Assembly (NCBI GenBank): GCA_963819695.1
Contig: CAWFXD010000002.1
Span: 503,142-567,141 of the forward strand
Length of the DNA stretch: 64,000 bases
Direction: 5' to 3'
From: an uncultured Acidimicrobiaceae bacterium
Lineage (GTDB): Bacteria; Actinomycetota; Acidimicrobiia; Acidimicrobiales; RAAP-2
This document shows positions 57,208-64,000 of this stretch, in pieces. Position 1 is the stretch's first letter. Each line of letters begins with the position of its first letter. The notes beneath the pieces were generated by a model. That model did not search any database. It saw only the letters and a program-made list of their open reading frames with translations, and was not told the origin of the DNA. The position numbers and the translations under genes are program-made.

Positions 57208-58167
57208 CTCCGCGGCACCATCGGCGCCGATCTCGCCCACCACCAGTTTGGTCTGGGACAGCACCACCACCCCGGTGATCAGCACGGCCAAGGCGATGCA
57301 CTCCGCCACCGTCCGGAGCTGACCACCACGGAGCCGATCACCGAACAGGTTGACCCCGATGAGGATGCTGACCAGCGGGTTCACCGTGACCATCGTCGTC
57401 CGTGACGCGGTGATCGGCCCGGCGTGCAGCGCGTTCTGGATGAGAAAGACGGTTCCGAGCCCGGTCACCGCCAGCAGGTAGGGCTGGGCATGGGTGAAGA
57501 CGTGCCCCCACCCTCGGGACACGAAGATGGTGGTCGACTTGGTCAGGGCGGCACTGAACGCCGCGGTGATGGCGGTGGCGGTGCCGAAGGAGGCGGCCCG
57601 CCACCATCGGGGGCCTCGCAGGCCGCCCAGGATGAACCCGGTGATGGCCACGATCAGCAGCGCCGAAGCCACGAACCACTGTCGGTTGTCAGGGTTGAGG
57701 TTGCCCCCGCTGGGGTGTGCGGCCAAAAAGAATCCACCGAGTCCGGCCACGATGGCCACCGAGCCGGCCCACTCCCGCCAACCCAGGTGATAGTGGAACC
57801 AGACGGCGAGGATGAGCAACAGGAACAACAGCTCGGTGGTGAGCACCGGCTGGACCACGCTCAGCTGGCCGAGGCGCAGGGCGGTGGCCTGGAGGGCGAA
57901 CACCACCAGCATCAGGGCGAACCCGACCAGCCAGATCTTGCGGCGCACCGCGTGGGCCATCAGGCTCAGCCGCATGGCGGCGGACGACGGCGCCGACTCC
58001 ACCCCGAGCCGCTGCAACACCGAGGTCAGGGCATTGACGAAGGCAGAGGTGACCGCCAGGACGTAGGACACCCGACAGTTGTAGCGCGTCGGCGACCGGG
58101 TTGCCCGCCGCCGGTCCGGGACCGGCATCGAGCCACCCACCCAGTCGGGCCCTTCCAACCGGTCCAC
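57130..58167 (-). CDS. DMT-superfamily (EamA/NIPA-like) membrane transporter
   Basis: About 9-10 TM helices, with SYVLAVTSAFVNALTSVLQR...LSVVQPVLTTELLFLL. The start is uncertain. Confidence 0.6.
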   Translation of the reverse strand: MDRLEGPDWVGGSMPVPDRRRATRSPTRYNCRVSYVLAVTSAFVNALTSVLQRLGVESAPSSAAMRLSLMAHAVRRKIWLVGFALMLVVFALQATALRLGQLSVVQPVLTTELLFLLLILAVWFHYHLGWREWAGSVAIVAGLGGFFLAAHPSGGNLNPDNRQWFVASALLIVAITGFILGGLRGPRWWRAASFGTATAITAAFSAALTKSTTIFVSRGWGHVFTHAQPYLLAVTGLGTVFLIQNALHAGPITASRTTMVTVNPLVSILIGVNLFGDRLRGGQLRTVAECIALAVLITGVVVLSQTKLVVGEIGADGAAELLATARQRGSQPAVIVPEADIAPEL

Positions 58168-58186
58168 GGCTCGCTAGCCTTTTGCC

Positions 58187-59410
58187 ATGGCCGACATCGC
58201 CGCCACCGGTATCCCGTCCGCCCTGCCGCCGTCGGCCATGCCCGATCTGTTGGACCCGGCGTTCTACGTCGACATCGAGGCCATGCACGAGACGCTCCGA
58301 CAATTGCGGCATCGGCGCCCGCTGGCCCGAGACGAGAAGAACGACCTGTGGGCGGCCACCCGCCATGCCGACGTGGTCGAGATCGAGCGGCGCGACGACG
58401 TCTTCCTCAGCGGTCAGGGGTACCGGTCGTTCTTCGCCCCCGGCGAGGACAACATGATCTCCCTCGACGATCCCCGTCACAGCCAGCAGCGGAAGCTCAT
58501 CTCCCGCCGGTTCACCCCCAAGGCGGTGCGCCGCCTCGAGCCGGCGCTGGCCGGCATCATGGACGAGCTCATCGATGCCTGGATCGATCGCCGCGAGGTG
58601 GAGATCGTCTCCGAGCTGGCCGCCCCGTTGCCGGCTCGGCTCACCGCCCGGCTCCTGGGATTCTCCGAAGACCGTTGGACGGACATCAAGTCGTGGTCGG
58701 AAAGGTTGATGCGCTACGACAAGGCGGCCAACGACCCGGAGGCGGGGCAGGGGTTCTTCGAGGCGATCATCGAATTCGCCGGAGTCCTGGACGAGGTGGC
58801 GGCGGCCCGGAGGGTGCAACCGGCCGACGATCTGATCTCGGTGTGGACCCAGGCGGAGATCGACGGATGCCCGCTGTCGGGTGACACCATCATGAACGAG
58901 ACCGGGCTGATGATCTCCGGCGGCGCCGAAACCACCCGCACCGTCATCACCCGGTCGTTGGCGGAATTCTGCCGGCACCCCGACCAGTGGGAGGCCATGG
59001 CCGCCGACCCGGCGCTGATTCCCGGCGCGGTGGAGGAGATGGTCCGGTGGGTGACCCCCTTGAACAACTTCTTCCGGACCGTGGCCCAGCCGGTGACCGT
59101 CGGTGGAGTGCGGATGGCAGCGGGGGACCGGGTGATCCTCCTGTACCCGTCGGCCAACCGGGACGAGGAGGTATTCGACGACCCCTACCGCTTCGACATC
59201 CGACGGGAGCACAACCCGCATGTGTCGTTCGGGTTCGGTACCCATTTCTGCCTCGGCGCCCCGCTGGCCCGGTTCGAACTGCGGATGCTGATGGAGCGCC
59301 TGACCCAGCGGATCACCAACCTCTCGGTGATCGAGCCGCCGGAGATCGAGGCGAACATCTTCGTGGGCGCCGCCCGTTCATTCCGGTTGGGGTTCGACCG
59401 CCGGGGATGA
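58187..59410 (+). CDS. Cytochrome P450
   Basis: I-helix GGAETT, EEMVRW (ExxR) and the haem loop FGFGTHFCLGAPLA. Confidence 0.92.
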   Translation: MADIAATGIPSALPPSAMPDLLDPAFYVDIEAMHETLRQLRHRRPLARDEKNDLWAATRHADVVEIERRDDVFLSGQGYRSFFAPGEDNMISLDDPRHSQQRKLISRRFTPKAVRRLEPALAGIMDELIDAWIDRREVEIVSELAAPLPARLTARLLGFSEDRWTDIKSWSERLMRYDKAANDPEAGQGFFEAIIEFAGVLDEVAAARRVQPADDLISVWTQAEIDGCPLSGDTIMNETGLMISGGAETTRTVITRSLAEFCRHPDQWEAMAADPALIPGAVEEMVRWVTPLNNFFRTVAQPVTVGGVRMAAGDRVILLYPSANRDEEVFDDPYRFDIRREHNPHVSFGFGTHFCLGAPLARFELRMLMERLTQRITNLSVIEPPEIEANIFVGAARSFRLGFDRRG

Positions 59411-59417
59411 GGGTGGG

Positions 59418-60002
59418 TTAGGCGACCACGTCGCTCTCGTCGTCGCACTCGCCGGGTGCGGACGTCTCGCCGTCCTCGGGCATGTACAGACCCAGCGAGT
59501 ATCCGTCCAGGAAGGCGTCGGCCTCCCGTCGGCGCGGATAGCGGTTCTCCAGCGCCTTGAAACGGTGGTTGTGGTTGGGCTCGATGAGGTGGGCCAACTC
59601 GTGGACGATGACCGCGTCGAGCACCCAACCGGGAGCCAGCCGGAGCCGCTCGGAGATCCGGATCTCCCGGGACAGCAGCGTGCACGATCCCCAGCGTTTG
59701 GTCTGGGCGGTGGACCACCGGATCGAAGCCGCCCGGATGCCGCCGAGGTAGGTGTCGCCCAGCACCGCCGCCCGTTCCTCGAGATAGGCATCGGAGGCGT
59801 GGAGGTGGGGGCGGTGACGTTGCAGCCGGCGGGCCAGGTGGTCCACCATCTCGTCCCGGTCGGCGCCCCGCAGATGGGAGGGGACGACCACGATGATCCG
59901 GTCGCCTTCCCAATGGGCCCCGGCTGTCTTCTTCCTTCGGGTGCTGACCCGAATTTCGACATCCGGTCGGAACAGGTCAGGGGGTTCTGTGGTGTATGTC
60001 AT
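59418..60002 (-). CDS. YgjP/DUF45 (M48-like) zinc metallohydrolase
   Basis: WGSCT...I.ISERL and VIVHELAHLIEPNHNHRF (HExxH). ATG 60002 is preferred over the ORF-track start at 60047. Confidence 0.8.
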   Translation of the reverse strand: MTYTTEPPDLFRPDVEIRVSTRRKKTAGAHWEGDRIIVVVPSHLRGADRDEMVDHLARRLQRHRPHLHASDAYLEERAAVLGDTYLGGIRAASIRWSTAQTKRWGSCTLLSREIRISERLRLAPGWVLDAVIVHELAHLIEPNHNHRFKALENRYPRRREADAFLDGYSLGLYMPEDGETSAPGECDDESDVVA

Positions 60003-60143
60003 GGGAGGGGAAGGTACGGCGGGGGTGTGACAACCCCGGTATGCCACGAGATCTTAAGAAACCGCGGGCCCAACCTGGTGGATCTCCGTCTCCGGGGCCG
60101 GCGGCGAATGGGACCCGCCGGGGGCGGGCGATACGCTGGGTGG

Positions 60144-60674
60144 GTGCAGCGATTCTTCACTCCCCGCCGCATCGGGATGCACATCACCCTGCTGGTCGTG
60201 CTGCCGACGTTCGTGTTGCTGACCAAGTGGCAGTTCCAGCGGGCGTACGACGGGAACACCCTGAGCTGGGCCTATACCTTCGAGTGGCCACTGTTTGCCG
60301 GGTACGCCATCTACGTGTGGTGGCAGCTGATCCACGACGACCCGGTTCCCTTCACCCGCCGCCCGGGGGCGAGGCGCGGGCCGGACGGTGAGCCGTTGGG
60401 TCCCGAGGAGGAACCGGGCTGGGCGCTCAGCGGGGGCCGGCGATCGAAGCACCAGGTCGCCGCGGTCGCCACCGCCACTGCCGACGCCATCACCGGTGGC
60501 GCCACCTTGGTCGGCTCGACGGCCGACCGGGCACCGTCGGGGTCGGGAGCCGGGCACCAGCCCAACGACGTCGAAGGCGAGGGCGACCCCGCGGAGGCTG
60601 AAGACCCGGAGTTGGCCGAGTACAACCGGTATCTGGCCGAGCTCAACGCCGGCCCGGACAGGAAGCGATGGTAG
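60144..60674 (+). CDS. Membrane protein, function unknown, with disordered C-terminal half
   Basis: Two TM helices (MHITLLVVLPTFVLL, WPLFAGYAIYVWWQLI). The long ORF-track entry 59565-60674 is antisense to the DUF45 gene upstream of about 60100. The start is GTG 60144 or ATG 60177. Confidence 0.45.
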   Translation: MQRFFTPRRIGMHITLLVVLPTFVLLTKWQFQRAYDGNTLSWAYTFEWPLFAGYAIYVWWQLIHDDPVPFTRRPGARRGPDGEPLGPEEEPGWALSGGRRSKHQVAAVATATADAITGGATLVGSTADRAPSGSGAGHQPNDVEGEGDPAEAEDPELAEYNRYLAELNAGPDRKRW

Positions 60675-61087
60675 ACGTGCCCGAATCCGGGTCGAAAGCG
60701 AAAGCACCCAGGACCCGGAGCGCCGACCCGATCGGCGGAGCTATGCTCCGTTACCGGGTCATGGCCTACATCGTGGGGACCGCCCTGGTGATTCTGGTGT
60801 TCGTGGCCATCCCGCTCCAGTACTGGGGGCATCACAAGATCGTCGCCGAGATCGTCGCCCCCATCCACGGCTACCTCTACATCGTCTATCTGGTCGCCGG
60901 GGCCGATCTGGCCCGCCGGGCCCACTGGCACCTGGGCAGGATCCTGTTGGTGGTCTGCGGAGGATTCGTGCCCTTCCTCGCCTTCTTCGTGGAGCGCTGG
61001 GTCACCCGGCGGATGAACGCCGAGCGGGCCGCCGCGGCCGCCGGGGCGTCCTTGCCGCCGCCCAGTCTCGACACGGCCGACCGGTAG
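60668..61087 (+). CDS. DUF3817-type membrane protein
   Basis: LRYRVMAYIVGTALVILVFVAIPLQYW...HGYLYIVYLVAGADLA...CGGFVPFLAFFVERW. The ATG overlaps the upstream stop. Confidence 0.7.
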   Translation: MVDVPESGSKAKAPRTRSADPIGGAMLRYRVMAYIVGTALVILVFVAIPLQYWGHHKIVAEIVAPIHGYLYIVYLVAGADLARRAHWHLGRILLVVCGGFVPFLAFFVERWVTRRMNAERAAAAAGASLPPPSLDTADR

Positions 61088-61171
61088 GGCCGCGGCTCCG
61101 TCGAGACCGGCGGAACCTGAAGAGTGGATCGGGCGCCATCCGGGCGATCGGGGACGGCGCGACCGGGAACG

Positions 61172-62899
61172 TCAGCGGGCGCCGCGTACCAGCGCGCCGG
61201 GTCGGGCCCCGGTGTCCTTTCCCTCCGAGAAGGTGGTGACTCCGGACTTGATGGTCTCGACGTAGCCGGTGGCATCCTGGACCAGTCGCATCCCCCCGGC
61301 CGGGAGGTCGGCGACCACCGTCGGATTTCCCAGCTGCAGACCGTCGTAGTCGATGAGGTTGAGGTCGGCGATGGCCCCGGCCTCGAGGGTGCCCCGGTCG
61401 GTGAGCCCGTAGAGCCGGGCGGTGTCGTGGGTCTGCTTCTTCACCATCCACTCGAGCGGCAGCCGCTCGCCGCGTACCCGGTCGCGGGTCCAGTGGGTGA
61501 GCATGAAGGTGGGCTGGGAGGCGTCGCAGATGACCCCGCAGTGGGCCCCCCCGTCGGCCAGACCGGCCACCGAACGAGGGTGGAGGAGCATGTCCCGGGC
61601 CGGCTCGAGGTCACCGTTGGCGTAGTTCAGGATCGGCACGTAGAGCAGCCCGCGCCCGTCGTCGTCGAGCATCGCCTCGTAGGCGACCTCGAGTGGTGTC
61701 CGTCCGGAGGCGGCGGCCATACCGGCCAGCGACCGTTCGGGCCCGGGTTCGTACTCCGGAGGGCTCCCCAGGGCATAGGTGGAGCGGTAGGCCTGCTCCA
61801 TCCGGGCCCGGGAAGCGGGGCTTTCCGGGATCCACGACTCGATGGACAGCCGGACGTCCCGGCGGCGGAGGCCGTTGATGAGCTCGGCAGGCGCCAGTCC
61901 CTTGGCTTTGAGGTCCTGGTAGGCGGGAATCTGGTCGAACAGGCTGAACGAGGTGAAGTGCCCGGACAGCAGCCCGGTGGCCCGGCCGCCGACCTGGGGC
62001 CAGATGTCGGCCCCTTCCGAGGTCGCCCGCAACGACTCGGCCATCAGCTCCCGCCAGAGGTCGGGGGCGGAGTCGACCTGGACCAGGGCGAAGGTGACCG
62101 GTCGCTGGATGGCGATCGACAGCCGCCGCATCCAGTCGACTTCCTTGGCCGGCCCGATGAGGTCCTCTCCGGCCACCCCGGCGGGCGCCAGCTCGAAGAC
62201 CCCGGTACCCAGTTCCCCGAGGGCACTCCCGATACCGAACAGCTCGTCCTCGGCGGCGTAGGTCCCGGGCACCGGTTCCCCGTCGATGGCGGTGTGGGCG
62301 ATGGTCCGCGAGGTGGAGAATCCCAGGGCTCCGGCGGCGATGGCCTCTTTGACCAGATGCTTCATGGCCGCGATGTCCCCGGGGGTCGCCGGCTCGTTGC
62401 GGGCCCCGCGCTCGCCCATCACGTAGGAGCGGACCGCGCCGTGGGCGATCTGGGTGCCGACGTCCAAGGTCCAGCGCCGCCGATCGAGGGTATCGAGGTA
62501 CTCGGGGAACGACTCCCACTCCCAGGCGATGCCTTCGGCCAGCGCCGAGCCCGGGATGTCCTCGACCCCTTCCATCAGGCCGATCAGCCACTGGTGCTGA
62601 TCGGGCCGGGCGGGGGCGAAACCGACGCCGCAATTGCCCATGACGATGGTGGTCACCCCGTGCCAGCTACTGGGGGCCAGCACCTCGTCCCAGGTCGCCT
62701 GGCCGTCGTAGTGGGTGTGGATGTCGACCCACCCCGGCGTGACCAGCAGCCCGTCGGCGTCCACCGTCCGGGCCGCGCTCACCCCGGGAAAGGCTCCGAC
62801 TCCGGTGATCCGGCCGTCGTCCACCGTGATGTCCGCGGTCCGGGCCGCCGCCCCGGTGCCGTCGACGACGGTCCCCCCTCGGATGACAAGGTCGTGCAT
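61172..62899 (-). CDS. N-acyl-D-amino-acid deacylase-family amidohydrolase
   Basis: MHDLVIRGGTVVDGTG...ITVDDGRI...LLVTPGWVDIHTHYDGQ. Confidence 0.88.
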   Translation of the reverse strand: MHDLVIRGGTVVDGTGAAARTADITVDDGRITGVGAFPGVSAARTVDADGLLVTPGWVDIHTHYDGQATWDEVLAPSSWHGVTTIVMGNCGVGFAPARPDQHQWLIGLMEGVEDIPGSALAEGIAWEWESFPEYLDTLDRRRWTLDVGTQIAHGAVRSYVMGERGARNEPATPGDIAAMKHLVKEAIAAGALGFSTSRTIAHTAIDGEPVPGTYAAEDELFGIGSALGELGTGVFELAPAGVAGEDLIGPAKEVDWMRRLSIAIQRPVTFALVQVDSAPDLWRELMAESLRATSEGADIWPQVGGRATGLLSGHFTSFSLFDQIPAYQDLKAKGLAPAELINGLRRRDVRLSIESWIPESPASRARMEQAYRSTYALGSPPEYEPGPERSLAGMAAASGRTPLEVAYEAMLDDDGRGLLYVPILNYANGDLEPARDMLLHPRSVAGLADGGAHCGVICDASQPTFMLTHWTRDRVRGERLPLEWMVKKQTHDTARLYGLTDRGTLEAGAIADLNLIDYDGLQLGNPTVVADLPAGGMRLVQDATGYVETIKSGVTTFSEGKDTGARPGALVRGAR

Positions 62900-62946
62900 G
62901 ACGAGATCCCCTCCTGATGTCGAGCCCCTTCGATGCCCACCCCACC

Positions 62947-63384
62947 TTACCGGCGTTCCTCCGGCTGGTTAGGAGGGATCGAGTAGGTGACCTGGGCCTT
63001 GGCGATGACGGCTTCGTTGTCCTCGGAGGCCATGGCCACCTCCACCACGGCCAGCCGTTGTCCCAGCTTCAGCACGGTCCCGGTGGCCACCACGTCGATC
63101 AGCGCGGGTTTGCGCAAGAAGTCGATGTGGAGGCTGGTGGTCACCGCCAACGGCACCGGTCCGATGTGACCGACGATGGCCAACCAGGCCGTGCAGTCGG
63201 CCAGGGACATCAACGCCGGACCCGAGACGGTGCCACCCGGCCGACCATGGGACGGAAGGATCGGCAGTCGGACTCGGATGGTGTGATCGCCCATGTCCTC
63301 GACCACAAAGGCAGGCGGGTCGAGCGGGAACCCGTCCAGGAGGAATTGCTGGAGCTCGGCGACCGTCATCTTTGGCATGTCCAA
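62947..63384 (-). CDS. PaaI-type hot-dog thioesterase
   Basis: 145 aa, with GGTVSGPALMSLADCTAW and a C-terminal strand pattern typical of PaaI/YigI-like proteins. Confidence 0.7.
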   Translation of the reverse strand: MDMPKMTVAELQQFLLDGFPLDPPAFVVEDMGDHTIRVRLPILPSHGRPGGTVSGPALMSLADCTAWLAIVGHIGPVPLAVTTSLHIDFLRKPALIDVVATGTVLKLGQRLAVVEVAMASEDNEAVIAKAQVTYSIPPNQPEERR

Positions 63385-63408
63385 CCGTATCGGTCGACGG
63401 GTTTGGCG

Positions 63409-64000
63409 CTACCCGGCGGCGAAGTCGCCGTGGCGACCGGTACCGGCGTTGAAGCGGGCCGCGCCTTCGAGCGTCTCGCCGCTGGCGATGGTGACCAGAC
63501 CATGGCGAACCTCGTTGATCACCGCCTGGGGCTCCCCGAGGTCCCACTGCTCGATGGCCGAGAGTCGGTCGTGCCGCATACAGCTCTGGGGAAAGCCCGC
63601 CAGTTGATGCGCGAGTTGCAGTGCCTGTTCCAACGCCGCCCCCGGCTCGGTGACCCGGTTGACCAGACCCATGGTCAACGCCTCTTCGCCGCCCACCCCC
63701 CGTCCGGTCAGGATGAGGTCCATGGCCCGGCTGTGACCGATCAGGCGGGGGAGTCGGATGGTCCCGAGGTCGACCAGCGGGACTCCGAACCGCCGGCAGT
63801 AGACGCCGAGGATGGCGTCGCGGGCGGCCACCCGCAGGTCGCACCACAGGGCCAGCTCCAGGCCTCCGGCCACCGCGAATCCCTCGATGGCGGCGATGAC
63901 CGGCTTGGACAGTCGGAGGCGGGACACACCCATCGGGGCGTCACCGACCTCGGTGACCTGGTTGCCGCGGCCCTCGGTCAGGCCCTTCAAGTCGGCGCCG
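63409..64000 (-). CDS. Enoyl-CoA hydratase/isomerase (crotonase), N-terminus outside window
   Basis: KPVIAAIEGFAVAGGLELALWCDLRVA (oxyanion-hole segment). The frame is open to the window edge. Confidence 0.88.
   Translation of the reverse strand, partial: GADLKGLTEGRGNQVTEVGDAPMGVSRLRLSKPVIAAIEGFAVAGGLELALWCDLRVAARDAILGVYCRRFGVPLVDLGTIRLPRLIGHSRAMDLILTGRGVGGEEALTMGLVNRVTEPGAALEQALQLAHQLAGFPQSCMRHDRLSAIEQWDLGEPQAVINEVRHGLVTIASGETLEGAARFNAGTGRHGDFAAG

Overview
High-GC (roughly 68-70% by eye) Actinomycetota-type chromosomal segment. It is densely coding, and I recognised no rRNA, tRNA, CRISPR array, transposase or integrase.

Gene order:
- 3' part of the F1 ATP synthase operon (atpA' G D C), then glpX, murA and meaB.
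- treS-mak (front end of the GlgE pathway), pfk and galT.
- A divergent sulfate-assimilation cluster: cysD-cysN-sirC-like on the minus strand, cysH-sir-FrhB-like on the plus strand.
- ychF, then a lower-GC three-gene phosphorelay, then ACAD/TPP/FAD enzymes.
- Two loci that each pair TasA/camelysin-like secreted proteins with a SipW-type (ER/archaeal-type) signal peptidase, at 33.0-37.3 kb and 41.7-45.6 kb. NUDIX, CYTH-CHAD and YhhN genes lie between them.
- An acyl-CoA / steroid-side-chain-like block (thiolase, HMGS-like, DUF35, three ACADs, CoA-transferase, MaoC hotdogs).
- MFS, DEDDh exonuclease, DMT, P450, DUF45, amidohydrolase, thioesterase and a partial crotonase.

Most interesting:
1. 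The two TasA-like/SipW-like loci. In locus 1 a paralogue of the subunit is split open by two LamG lectin domains. This is a candidate, experimentally undescribed actinobacterial extracellular fibre/adhesin system.
2. A FrhB/FpoF-type (F420-dehydrogenase-like) 2x[4Fe-4S] protein translationally coupled to the assimilatory siroheme sulfite reductase. It looks like a split analogue of methanogen Fsr.

Caveat: at least six genes are broken by single-base frameshifts, mostly in short G/C runs. The assembly therefore probably carries indel errors, and every fusion or truncation reported here needs read-level confirmation.
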